Origin: Setoptus koraiensis
Taxonomy: Eukaryota; Animalia; Arthropoda
Direction: 5' to 3'
NCBI GenBank assembly: GCA_048013815.1
Contig: CM106586.1
Location: 4,898,001 to 4,962,000 of the forward strand
Length of the DNA: 64,000 bases
The notes below the pieces were generated by a model, which saw only the letters and a program-made list of their open reading frames with translations, was not told where the DNA came from and did no database searches. Position numbers and translations under genes: made by a program. The number at the start of each line of letters is the position of its first letter. Position 1 is the stretch's first letter. This document shows positions 12,801-24,781 of the stretch, piece by piece.

Positions 12801-15800
12801 GGCCAAATAAAAGCCAAATTTCTTTCTCATTATAACGAGTGGTCAATCAAACAATTATAGACATTTCTTTCAACTCAATCACCGTGTGCGCTATTCATCT
12901 CGGCTTGATGCGAAATTGATTAAACTTTCAGGTCAGCTCTTGCTGAGTCGGCACCACACAAAAAAAAAGTGTTTCTCATTCACCAAATTCACGCCATCAT
13001 CACCAAAAAAGGGGCCTTGACAAGACTGGTGTCCGAATGAAAAACTTCATCTACCAAAAGTTCATATATTTCTCATTATTAGCATGGTTGGATGATTGTT
13101 CTGCGAGCTGCAATTGTCACTGTCTCTAGTTTGAAACATTGCGAGAATCAAGTTCATTTGTCGTACGTTATCTCGGTTTGTAGAACCCGGTTGCGCTAAT
13201 TGAAAGCTATCTCGCACTCAATTATGTAATTAGTGTTATGATGTCTCTGATGACAAAATCTTGTTTGTTGTTAGCAAAACATGCCATAATGTTGGTTGAT
13301 ACCATCTAACCGACATCATGCGCAACCACTGCTGGTTGATGCATCATATTACCGCTCAGCAAAGTGCCGGTGACGCAAACATTGCGAGGAAAGCGAAAAA
13401 AGGCAACATGACAACAATATCCACAACCATAATCAAGATTGAATAAATCAAATATAATTCTTTCCTTCTTCTATCATGTTGTCGGTTGTTGTTACAATTC
13501 CATCTATTATAAGATTAAGCTGGCAAAGTTGCCGTTGTTGTTGCGAAACAGCACAACGGCAACTTCCACATGAGAACTACTCAATGTGGTCCAGAGATAA
13601 CAGCCAGAATGACTGTTAATATTCGAACGGATAAAGTTGGCGATAAAGTTGGATGAAGCCTCTCTCTTAATGATGTCATGTTCGCTCCTATTTCTCTTCT
13701 GTGTTTTTCTCACATGTTGCCGCCATCGTTTGTTGTTCGTCTCCGTTGGTTGTCTATCTAGCAAGCCTAACTCGCCTCTCGAACCAGATAATGAAGATGA
13801 TTAGACTGATTCTCTCGCTCTTTATCCATGGTCTTGTTTATATTATCAAAGATAATTTATCGCACACAAGCATCTAGCGAACACATCGAGAGCAAGTTGT
13901 CACTTGTTGTCGCCACACTCCACAGCTTAACATGGCGCAAGCATGACGATTAATCTGATGAGTCAAATTCTAATTAGTGGGAGAGCTAAAAATATTCATC
14001 AAGTTGGCGATAGTCATTGAACTCTAATTCGTCTATTTCTTGTCTGTGTCCATTGTATTTAAGTTTCAGCGCTGCAGATATAAAATGTTGGTCGACATTG
14101 GTCACGGTGAGAGCTTTCGCCGATTCTCGTTGTTATCTAGGTGATAAATGCCGAATAATTCGGATCGGGTGTGCTGTGATTGAGGACATTCATCATTACT
14201 TCACTGTCGATTGAATGCCTATAATTAATATTGTTTTATTTTGGGAGAACTTGTTTCTAAGCAGTAACAGTAGTGGTAGCCACTAATCCTTATTGAGCCA
14301 CAGTAGCGTCGCTAAAGGTTTGCGACGGCAAACGACAATCGCGAAACAAGGCACTATAAAATGCAAATTAATCGTCAGCATCAACCTGGCGACAGGCTCA
14401 CGAGTGAACGTGGCAAACAAATAATGACTTTGACACTCAAAACATTTCTTTCTGTCCCATCTCTCTGATATTCAACGGTCAAATCTCTCATCTAGCGACC
14501 AGATGTTTGGCGCAAGACTGCCCGCAATCATTGTTATCATTATGATCGTTCTATTGACCCTAAACTGCGACATCGTCGCGTAGACTGCTTCGTAACTGCC
14601 GAGCCTAACAAATGTAAAATGTTGTTGTAAAATGCGACGATAGCACGATAAACGTACGATGATAGATACAAAATGTAAGCGCGCTTACCTGAGTTAGAGT
14701 TCTTTTTTGACAGCACCGACACATCACTTAAAGTATTGTGAGAAAATGATTGACTGGTCTATTGCTCCTGCAGTGGCCAGCGATGATCTTGATCGATATG
14801 ATTTTGATGTCGAATGTATGTGTGTCTTATAAGAATGTTATTTTCGAATCTTGACTGCTGCCTCACTTTGATTTCGGTGTTGATCGGTGGTGCACGAGCT
14901 CTTTTTGATTTAGTAGGATTGTGGCTTTGATTTGTAGGAGCGTTCAACGTTGAAAATGACCACAGTTGATGATATGAGACTTGATTTGCACGAACTAGTG
15001 GCTGACAGAATTGCTGATATTTGCTGGATGGTCACAAGCGACGATAATACGACGAGAACACTATCTGGACCACACTTGACCAATAGTTGATTGACTTCGA
15101 TGCGGATCGGTAAGGTGTGTGCTTGACAATAATGAGAATGAAGAGTTTCATGAAAACAACTTGTCTTTGTTGCTGGCGGCTTGGCGTCAAGCTAGCTTGT
15201 TGTTGTTAATTCAGCATTAGCATCTCTGTCGCTATCCAATGGCTTGGTTGCGACCAGTCAGCTCTCTTGCCGTTGAGTTAGTTGGACAATTTCGACGAGT
15301 GTTGTGCTTTGCTGTTCGGATGGCCTAGCTACGCCCATTAGTTGGTGGAATCATTGTTATAAACAGAGAGCCAGATAAGATAGAGACAGAGACAGAGAAA
15401 TGAACTACAACTAACACACACCTCATTCGCACCGTCAAACATAATGTAACTTGGCGTTGGGCAATGATCGAGGTAGCAGCAACTGTGGCTCTGTTTGTCT
15501 CAATTGATTATTCTCTGGGCATTCTATGGAATTAATCGAGCGACGTTCTCCGAAGCGATTCATTCATTGAATGAAACAGCGCACACATTTAGTTGATAAT
15601 CGAGCGAGCGATGCTCTCGAATGCTGTTGATCATGTTGCAATGCCACGGATATTACTATTACTATTATTATTCCTCTCTTGTTGCTTCTGAATTTAGAAT
15701 TAACTTTGAGTGCCATGCCATGCTGCGACACAACAAGAAAATTCATCAAGATGATGCTGAGAATTCCGAAGCCTTTCTCGTCTTTATTCGTTAGCACATT

Positions 15801-15840
15801 ATCCGCTATTTATTTACGCATGCCAACGCCAGTTGCTAAA

Positions 15841-15842
<2 letters not shown>

Positions 15843-15872
<30 letters not shown>
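15843..15872. repeat. (AG)n microsatellite, ~15 units
   Basis: Read directly. Confidence 0.95.
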
Positions 15873-15874
<2 letters not shown>

Positions 15875-16178
15875 GCATATTAACCAACTATAGAGTGGAC
15901 AGAAAGAAACTGTGCTGTCCATTCATTCAATCGCTTTGGTCACCTCTGATGATGTCTTTGCTTCAGCCGTTCCCGGCCGCACTACCGCAAATAACATGAC
16001 GCTCCTTGTTGTTGCGTAAGATGACCGTAGGCGTATTGCAAAGTCGCTCTCTCCACTGAGAATTTCCTCTATTTTTGACAGCCAACTAGACGACACTGCC
16101 GCACTGCTAGCCAAAACTAATCCAACCAGTGGTCGGATATTATTCAGTAGTAGCTCAGTCAGCGCGATGATGTCTCAA

Positions 16179-16252
16179 GAGATGTCCGTAGAGATGTCCG
16201 TAGAGATGTCCGTAGAGATGTCTGTAGAGATGTCTGAAGAGATGTCTGGAGA
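16179..16252. repeat. 12-bp minisatellite (GAGATGTCCGTA) ~6 copies, degenerating to the right
   Basis: Read directly: gagatgtccgta x3, then gagatgtctgta, gagatgtctgaa, gagatgtctgga. Confidence 0.9.
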
Positions 16253-16897
16253 GAAAATTATCAACAGCATACGACTGTGGCCGACATAGTCGTCATTGTA
16301 TAAAACATTATTAATGAAATGCAATGAGGATGTTATATCTCATGTGCAATGCCAATTTCGTTTATGCGGCCAAGAAAGAAAATTGAAAGTGATCCAACAA
16401 ATGTAACTACCGTCACTACCTGTGTAGGGCGACGTTATTGAGCTTCTTCACCCATTGAGCTAGCTAGGTCGACCAAAGAAGAAAGCTTGCATATGGTGTG
16501 TATCTGTACCATTGTACAATAACAATTTCTGTGTAATGATATTGCCATTCTATATTGCTGCCAGTCAACATGATTGCGCTTCGGAATTTGCAAATATGGT
16601 CGGCCCAACAGATGCCAAACGTTAATTTCCATCTGATTGAAGGAAGCTGAAGCGACCGAACATCATCTCAAATGTTCTTTTGAACACTCTATTGCAATAG
16701 TTGTTACATGGATGATTACTTTGTTGTTGGTTAATTCATAACGGAGTTGGCTTTGTTTTCGCGGTCATTCTACAACCAGTGATATTCATAGTTGGCTAAG
16801 CAATTCTTTCGCAAGTCGCTGGTTGTTGTTAGACTTTGCCAACTATTTCAAAACAAATAATCCCGTCAGAGCTAATCAGAGAGGCATAATTATGGCC

Positions 16898-17397
16898 NNN
16901 NNNNNNNNNNNNNNNNNNNNNNNNNNNNNNNNNNNNNNNNNNNNNNNNNNNNNNNNNNNNNNNNNNNNNNNNNNNNNNNNNNNNNNNNNNNNNNNNNNNN
17001 NNNNNNNNNNNNNNNNNNNNNNNNNNNNNNNNNNNNNNNNNNNNNNNNNNNNNNNNNNNNNNNNNNNNNNNNNNNNNNNNNNNNNNNNNNNNNNNNNNNN
17101 NNNNNNNNNNNNNNNNNNNNNNNNNNNNNNNNNNNNNNNNNNNNNNNNNNNNNNNNNNNNNNNNNNNNNNNNNNNNNNNNNNNNNNNNNNNNNNNNNNNN
17201 NNNNNNNNNNNNNNNNNNNNNNNNNNNNNNNNNNNNNNNNNNNNNNNNNNNNNNNNNNNNNNNNNNNNNNNNNNNNNNNNNNNNNNNNNNNNNNNNNNNN
17301 NNNNNNNNNNNNNNNNNNNNNNNNNNNNNNNNNNNNNNNNNNNNNNNNNNNNNNNNNNNNNNNNNNNNNNNNNNNNNNNNNNNNNNNNNNNNNNNNN
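16898..17397. other. Assembly gap (500 N)
   Basis: Run of N; the round length suggests a scaffolding spacer. Confidence 1.
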
Positions 17398-18083
17398 TTG
17401 TATCAGTTTAATGTGCCACTTCAATCCCAAGCCAACACGGGTGGAGGCCAGCAGAGCTCATCGTTCAACTTCTGAATGGGACACATGAACGTGCTTGTAA
17501 ATGTTTTTGGTTCATCAAGTGTTTCCTTTAATAAACAATGAACTTATACTGTGTAACAGTCAAATCCGTTTAACAACCGAGACTACCAATTTTTTAGTTT
17601 CTATTCGTAAATACAGTGTTTTAGATCATTTACATTCTATTCCTATCATCTGTGTTTTCCTCGAACAAGAACCACTTCCCGCCTCCGGATTCATGATAGT
17701 TAATACCTCACTTCACTTCGCTTCGTTTAATTGAATTCTTGTTATTTCATTGCACTATTTCAACTCTTCTCCTCTCTTCTTGTTGTATCATCGTCTTCAT
17801 CATCTTGCTGTCTTGATTCGCGTGGGTAGATCAACAGTGCTGTTGTTGTTGTTTTGGGTTCACAAGGTTGAACGCAAGGTTATCATCATTATCGTCAGTC
17901 AGCAGAAGAAAATATTAAATTCATTTTTCATTTCGTGTATCGTAGTAAATTCTCAAACTATTGTGTAAATAGTCGTGTCGCTGTTGTGTGAAAAAAGTGA
18001 GAAATAGTGTAATAAAATAAAAAGTAAAAAACAACAGAAAAAAAACTGCAACATCACGTAGCAATCGATTTGTATCTTGTGGA

Positions 18084-18857
18084 ATGATGATCAAAATAAA
18101 AATGCAAGCTTGCAGCAGGTATAAAAGTATTAAATGTCTATTGGCGCTTATAGGTTTTGCTACAGTGTGTCAGGTAACAAGTGTAAGTTGCCAATGTTAC
18201 AACAACAAATGTTATCGCCCCCATTATTACCTTTGATGAATAATTTTAAGAACTTTTTTATCATATTATGTCATCATCCAAAAATGGCCCTCATGGAAAC
18301 GCCTCATCGGCGCCCAATCATAACTGTGTAGGCTCACTCCAGTTCCACAAATCACAGTATGGACGTGATTGTTCATGAGAGAGAATTTATTTCCCAGAGG
18401 GTCAAAGGTACAGTGCCACTAGATGATCAATAAGCAATGTGTTCTAGTGTAGATTCTAATTATAAAACAAAACAACTATTATTACGATCATTTCATTGCA
18501 GTGGGACTAGATTGTATTAAGGACAGAACAATAATTAGATTAAATTTCACCTCACCTTTTCGGGGAGTGTTGGGAGCTGGAAAGCTAGGAATAACAACTT
18601 GTACATTGTACGGAAATGGGACAAGATTTTATGAATTGCAAGTTCCTCATTCGTCGCCAGATTGCGGCACTGAGCTAGATCATAATAGTGGTAGTATATT
18701 CAATACACTTTTTATAAGGTTTCATTCATCTTTAGAACTCGGAGGGGATATAGCTAAGAATATTATGTGTCGAATGCATTTGGGAGACTTAGTAGTGGGT
18801 AGAAAGAACATAAAGATGCCAAAGACAACCAGACAACCGACGAATGAACCTAAATGA
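18084..18857 (+). CDS. Secreted ZP-N-domain (cuticlin-like) protein; exons 18084-18182, 18332-18407, 18502-18857 (possible alternative last exon 18995-19068)
   Basis: Exon 1 encodes a signal peptide (KCLLALIGFATVCQVTS) and ends at GTAAGT. The exon phases (0, then 1) join in frame to LDCIKDRTIIRLNFTSPFRGVLG..CTLYGNGTRFYELQVP..DCGT..FNTLFIRFH..DIAKNIMC, the four-Cys ZP-N pattern. Confidence 0.8.
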
Positions 18858-19358
18858 TAATGATAACGATAGCCCATAGTGATCAATATAACCAATATAA
18901 ATACAAATTAATATATATATAACATCATAGTTCAAACCCAAAGACGAATGTATCATCGGGTTCTTTAATAAAACGAATCCCATCTATTGTGTAGTCCGTC
19001 TTAATGCCGAGATCCTAACTAAACAAGTGGAACAATTCATTGAGGACACAAGGCTGACTCTTTCATAAATACTCGGGATACTCGAGAGAAAGAGAGTTTC
19101 ATCTCTTCTTTTAATGACCATTCAAGCAAATTATTCGAAAATGAGTCATATAGCTGCTGATTGAACTGGGTCACTTCATGAAGACACTATGGGATTGCTT
19201 GATCTCAATGATGTTAAAGTATCCGAGGCATGAGAAGATGATGAAAAAAGTTTATTTCCTTCTTTGTTTATAAATTTCATTTGTAGGAGAAGATGAAGAA
19301 TAAGTAATCGACTAGCGAAAAAAACGCTAATTCGCAAGGACTACACCCAATCAATTGT

Positions 19359-21165
19359 CTACTTCTTATCGTCCTTTGCCTCCTCTGGAAATGGTCCAGC
19401 CATCAGTGTTTTGATGAAATCTAAACAACAAAGTTATGGTCGAGTGGTTCGAAATTCGTTCAAAGAAACAAAGGATATAAAGGATTAGAGGGTGTCTTAG
19501 ATGACTGGATAGATGCCGATTGTGTCGGTAAGGAGAGAGAGAAAAGGCGGGCTGAACACCATAATCGACTTGATAACGGAAACTCACGCTCGTATTTAAT
19601 GTTACCGTCCTCGTCCGATGGGCCCGAGCAAATGGCCATGATCTCTTCACATTCGGTGTCGCCCAATTTTTCACCAAGCGACATGAGAATGTGGGCCAGT
19701 TCGGCCTCCATCATGGTTCCGTTGTCCATTTTGTCGTAGACTTTCATACATTCTGCAAAGTCTTCATAGGCACCAACATCTTTGTCTTTCTTGAATTGAC
19801 TGTAGATAGGCAAAAACTCCTCGAGGGTCAGTTTCTTTTCGCCCTTCTTAGCGGTTCCGCCAAACTTTTGCACATTGGCCTGCGTCGGCACGATGTCCAA
19901 TGATCTGAGGAGGTCTCCTAGATCGTAACAATCTACCTGTGATTTTCCCTCGAAGTCATAGATATCAAAGTGTAGTCTTGCCTCTGATGTAAAAAAAAAT
20001 GATGGCACATAATTTGTTGTTAGATATCACATATAGTCGCTGGCCAGCAAGTTAATCAATTATTATATAAGTAGCCGTGCAAATTACGTCACTACTCACT
20101 TTCGACGTCGGCTGGTTTTAGGTCGGCCTGATATTGTCATAATTGTTGTTGGTTTTGTGATTGTTGTTGCGTTCCTCCAACAAGTAGTTGTTGGAGTTGC
20201 CGATAAACGAGTCAAAATTTTAGTTTAGCTGACTATTTGTTAGTTGGTGGGTGAAAGTTTCGCGATTGAACTTGGCTACTCACCATTTTTATTGTTGCTG
20301 TTTAGTTATTGTTGTCGTAGTTACAAGTTGCTGCTGTTTGATTGCAAGTATCAATGAGCTATTGACCCTCGATCTCGAAATAACACACAATAAGCGAATA
20401 GAGCAAACAAGAAAAAGAAAACTAACAGAAACCAATGTTAGAGTTAGTGGCGCTATCACCAAGTACGCAACGTTATTTAACGTAACTTTATGACTATGAT
20501 GACGACTAGGACTATGTTCGAGGAATGCCACGACAAGTGTACGGCAGCTCACCAACATGTACTTTATGCCGAGTGTCTCTTTCTTTCGTATATCCCTTGT
20601 CATCTATTGTAAAGTGTATTATATCAAATTGTTCTCAGATGATATACGACCATGTACTATATCATGGCTACTACTTCTATCATCATCATCACTATCACCA
20701 GCTAGCCAAAAGAGAAGACTATGCAGAACTTGCACAGTCCCATCATGATGAGAGCCTCGTCGTATCAAAAGTGGAAACGACTATTAACAATTGAAAAGTG
20801 AATCCTTTTATTCTTGTTGAGATCATTGCTACTGGCTACACTAACAAGCCGCTACATGGGACCTAGTATACTCACAACTCAGCTGCAAAACTTATCTGCC
20901 GCAACTATCAAGTCCAGCGACCTCAGCAAGGTAGATGCAAGCCTTCGTTTGTCTTCACATCTAATGCGAGAAGTTGCTTAGAAGTCAAAGAGATATGTGT
21001 TTAACTGCAACTGTGTGTGTCTGTCTCCATAACTTTCAACAATCACAGCTATTACAGCTTTTTTACAACAGAACACCATAAGAAAAAGAAGGACAGCAAC
21101 AAAGAGAGACAGATACAGTCAGACTGATAGGAATTAGATAAAAACTAACTATTTACATGTACCAT
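19359..21165 (-). CDS. Mlc1: Myosin essential (alkali) light chain; exons: ATG micro-exon ~21165-21163, 20127-20100, 19983-19588, 19420-19359
   Basis: The spliced product M-ADLKPADVEKARLHFDIYDFEG...LTLEEFLPIYSQFKKDKDVGAYEDFAECMKVYDK..NGTMMEAELAHILMSLGEKL..DEDGNIKYEHFIKTLMAGPFPEE matches arthropod alkali light chains (EF-hand). All junctions are GT-AG and in phase. The ATG-only first coding exon (caacaaATG/gtacat) is a best guess. Confidence 0.92.
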
Positions 21166-21907
21166 TTGTTGTAATCACTGCCAAATTTATATCCATATAC
21201 ACTTTCACTTTAACTTGTTATATATACATACTTTGCTCACTGTGTTGCTACGGGTAGGTGGAAGGCACGAATTTGGCATCAAACACAAACAAATACCATC
21301 GCCAAAGATTACTGATTGGAGAAGAGGAATTGTCGTAGAAAAAATAAGTTAGAAACTCATATATGTATGTGTGTATATTGATATAGGCCACGAGTTAGTT
21401 TATTGTAACCAAAAAACAACAACTAACAAAGAAGACTTCATTATCCAACTGCCAGCTATGACGATTATATCTGAGTATAAACATAAATAACAGTGCAAGC
21501 GGCAGTGGCTAGGCGACAAGAATCCTATCGTAGTAAGACAGAGAAACAACAATTACTTTCACATCCATCTATATGGGGAGCAGCTAAACAGAATGACGCA
21601 TTAACAAGATCGAGCAGCGTTAACGTGTCACAATGGTTGAATGACAATGCAAATGAGATGAAACTTTCATTACGTAAGTCGAGTGTATAGATTGAACACT
21701 TAGACACACACACGAGATGTATACAGGAAAACGAAGTCTAGTCTCCCTTTGGCCTGTCTCCTTTTTGCCAAGTGTGACATGCACACTGGGACGAAGAAAA
21801 GTGAGACCATCCCCAATGATTATATTGTCGTTGTCAGATCGCGTATTGTTATAGCGCATATGCGCGTATACTTTACTAGACTAGATGATTGTTGAAGGCC
21901 ATCTGCA

Positions 21908-22915
21908 TCATTGTTCTAAAATGTCCAACAGTTTTGTTTTAATATCCGTGAATATGTTGCTCAACAACAATCGTTGTTCTTGTAGACGTTGTTGCGAGAC
22001 GACGTAGTCGCCGCCAGTAACGGGTTTCTCTTCTTCAGTCAGCGATTGACCGTTATCACATGTTTTACCAATAAGAGGATTCAACGGAATCTTGCCCAGT
22101 AAAGGCAAACCGTAATCACTGGCCATCTTATGGGCGCCTCCCGATGTCGGCGGAAATATGCTAGAGGTCGTATGGCATTTTGGACACGTGAATAGCGACA
22201 TGTTCTCTATGACGCCAAGTATTTTCAGATTTATCCGCCTACAAAAGTCTATTTGCTTGCGAACGTCCAGCAGGGATACTTCTTGAGGCGTTGTCACTAT
22301 GATGGCCCCGTCAATGTTGGCCAGTTCTGTTTGCTTCAAATAATTAACAATAGATATGTGTTCGTCCGAAGTGCCCGGCGGCGTATCGATAATCAAGTAG
22401 TCTAGATTGTCCCATTCTACGTCTCGCAAGAACTGCTTAATCATGTTTGTTTTTTTGGGCCCGCGCCAAATAACTGCATCATCCAGAGAATTGAGCAAAA
22501 ATCCGCAAGACATAACGGCAAGATTGTCGTTGACATAAACCGGCGACCAGCCGGTAGACGATTGGTGCACCTGTTCTCCCTCCAGGCCGAACATTCTGGG
22601 CGCTGATGGGCCACAAATATCTATGTCCAACAGGCCAACTTGAACATTGGCATCTTGGGCGAGACAACGGGCCAACAGGCACGACGTTGTGGATTTGCCT
22701 GTTCCGCCTTTGCCAGATATGACCAATATGATGTGTTTTATTTTGCCCAAGCGATCCTTAATGAGCGGAATGTCCACCTGAGCCTCGACAATTGAGGCCT
22801 GTTTAGATTCGCCCGAGGAGCAAATTTTCTGATTGGGACAGCCGGCGCACGGGCTCGCTTTGCCCGCCTCGTCCGACTCGATTCCTGGACAGTGTGGCGG
22901 CGGTGGTGCCTCCAT
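21908..22915 (-). CDS. NUBP1: Cytosolic Fe-S cluster assembly factor NUBP1 (Nbp35), intronless
   Basis: N-terminal [20 protein letters not shown] ferredoxin-like motif, P-loop [42 protein letters not shown] and C-terminal CPKC. Confidence 0.97.
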   Translation of the reverse strand: MEAPPPPHCPGIESDEAGKASPCAGCPNQKICSSGESKQASIVEAQVDIPLIKDRLGKIKHIILVISGKGGTGKSTTSCLLARCLAQDANVQVGLLDIDICGPSAPRMFGLEGEQVHQSSTGWSPVYVNDNLAVMSCGFLLNSLDDAVIWRGPKKTNMIKQFLRDVEWDNLDYLIIDTPPGTSDEHISIVNYLKQTELANIDGAIIVTTPQEVSLLDVRKQIDFCRRINLKILGVIENMSLFTCPKCHTTSSIFPPTSGGAHKMASDYGLPLLGKIPLNPLIGKTCDNGQSLTEEEKPVTGGDYVVSQQRLQEQRLLLSNIFTDIKTKLLDILEQ

Positions 22916-23056
22916 GTTGTTTCGGATGATTAAGTTTATAAAATTAAATGGATCGGTTTAAGTGAATGTTTGATGTTTGCCTTGACAATGTCGATTATCG
23001 TTTTATTTACATTTGGCACTTGCCATGTGTTTTTGGTCGATGGCGGCAAAAAAGCA

Positions 23057-23128
23057 TGCGGCAACCAGGATTCGAACCTGGGTTGTCACGGCCACAACGT
23101 GAAGTCCTAACCACTAGACGATTGCCGC
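23057..23128 (-). tRNA. trnH-GTG: tRNA-His (anticodon GTG)
   Basis: The minus strand reads GCGGCAATCGTCTAGTGGTTAGGACTTCACGTTGTGGCCGTGACAACCCAGGTTCGAATCCTGGTTGCCGCA. Pairing: acceptor GCGGCAA/TTGCCGC, D GTC/GAC, anticodon stem TCACG/CGTGA with GTG, T stem CCAGG/CCTGG with TTCGAAT. A T6 Pol III terminator follows at 23053-23048. Confidence 0.97.
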
Positions 23129-23644
23129 TACTGCTCGAGGATCGGTCAACCAGCGAACGGCTCAGCCGACTACGCCAGACGCGTCTCATTGGATTTGAGG
23201 GGTCAATATGCAGATATGCTACCATGGCACTAATTATAGCACTGACAATAGCAGGCACTCAATGCCCGACCAAAGTCCGCGCAGATATACGCATAATCTT
23301 ACGAGTATCACCTGTATTACGTAATGGCCACGTTAAGCCGTAGTATTCACAAGTTGGCATTACATTTAACATTTTATTTGAAACTCTGACGCTTTGCTTT
23401 CGCGAGAAGCCACCGTCTAGTCACGCTGTTCACTGTGAAGCCGTCGACGACGTCGCCTCGACAGGATTCAATTTTGCCGCCCGAAAAACAAATAGAAAAC
23501 ATTCTGATAACGTGAATCACTTTTTCAATCACTTGGACCACAATCACAACTCGGCGATCACAGCTGCACAATCCATTATCATCAACATAATTACTATTAT
23601 TAATATTATCAATATTATTATTGGACAACCCGATTGCTTCAATC

Positions 23645-24781
23645 ATGAACACCTACTTAGACAGAATTTTCTTATGTTACCTATGTTTGATATTACATGT
23701 GATTGTTTGTCTCGCCGAGAGGGACTTTTACAAGATCTTAGGTGTGCCCAAGACAGCCACGGAATATGAAATTAAGCGAAGCTTCAGGAAATTAGCAACA
23801 AAATTACATCCAGACAAAAATCTAGAAGATGCCGAGGCCACAAAAAAATTTCAAGATCTCAGAGAGGCATTCGAGGTGCTGTCCGATGAGAAAAAAAGAA
23901 AATTATATGACGAGGGTGGAGAGGCCAAACTGAAAAAATCTGGAAGCTCACATGGCGGAGTGGATCCCTTCGAGAGTTTCTTTGGCGACTTCTTTGGATT
24001 TGGCACACAAGGTGGACAAGAAAACAAAGAGACACCCCGTGGAGCGGATGTCGTTGTTGACTTATGGGTGAGCTACGAGGAACTGTACGTGGGCCAATTT
24101 GTAGAATTACAACGAATCAAGCCAGTATATCAATTAGCTAAAGGAACCAGAAAATGCAACTGTAGAGCGGAAATGGTTACTAGACAGCTGGGACCGGGAC
24201 GGTATCAAATGATGCAGCAAAACGTTTGCGACGAATGTCCAAACATGGAACTAACTACTCAAGAGCGTCTGCTTGAGGTCGAGGTAGAGCCTGGCATGCG
24301 CGAAGGGGCCGAACAGAGATTTGTTGGCGAAGGAGAGCCTCACATAGACGGGGATCCAGGTGATTTGAGGGTTAGAATTAAAACTCAACCACATCCAGTA
24401 TTTGAGAGGAGAGGCGACGATTTATACACAAACGTCACTGTTAATTTAAGTGACGCTTTGACTGGATTCACAATAAATCTCACCCATTTGGATGGACATT
24501 CCGTAAGGATAACACGTGAGAAGGTTACATGGCCCGGAGCGAGAATTAGGAAGGTGGGCGAAGGAATGCCAAATTATGAAAACAACCACTCTAAAGGTAT
24601 ACTTTATATTACCTTTGACATTGATTTTCCGCGTGACATAAGCCAAGAGGACAGAGAAGCGTTGAAGACAATTTTGGCCAAATATGAGTCTAAAAAGAGC
24701 AACGGTGAGAATGAATTGGACTCGGATAAGATCTCTGATCAGCACTCATTCAAATTTTACAACGGACTTAGGGGGTATTAA
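23645..24781 (+). CDS. DNAJB11: DnaJ homolog subfamily B member 11 (ERdj3), intronless
   Basis: Signal peptide, then RDFYKILGV, the HPD motif of the J domain, a G/F region, CNCR...CDEC, and C-terminal YNGLRGY. The first ATG is at 23645; the track start at 23621 is TTG. Confidence 0.97.
   Translation: MNTYLDRIFLCYLCLILHVIVCLAERDFYKILGVPKTATEYEIKRSFRKLATKLHPDKNLEDAEATKKFQDLREAFEVLSDEKKRKLYDEGGEAKLKKSGSSHGGVDPFESFFGDFFGFGTQGGQENKETPRGADVVVDLWVSYEELYVGQFVELQRIKPVYQLAKGTRKCNCRAEMVTRQLGPGRYQMMQQNVCDECPNMELTTQERLLEVEVEPGMREGAEQRFVGEGEPHIDGDPGDLRVRIKTQPHPVFERRGDDLYTNVTVNLSDALTGFTINLTHLDGHSVRITREKVTWPGARIRKVGEGMPNYENNHSKGILYITFDIDFPRDISQEDREALKTILAKYESKKSNGENELDSDKISDQHSFKFYNGLRGY

Noticed and set aside
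13507-13764. ORF with KR sites resembling a neuropeptide precursor
   Set aside because: No signal peptide, no amidation motif and no clear splice context.
16823-17488. ORFs 16823..17488 and 16876..17430
   Set aside because: They are open only because they span the N gap.
20818-20840. bantam-like TGAGATCATTG
   Set aside because: The match stops after 11 nt and no complementary arm is nearby.
23327-23333. GCCACGT, an XBP1/UPRE-like site upstream of DNAJB11
   Set aside because: Biologically plausible for a UPR target, but a single 7-mer with an imperfect flank cannot be supported from sequence alone.
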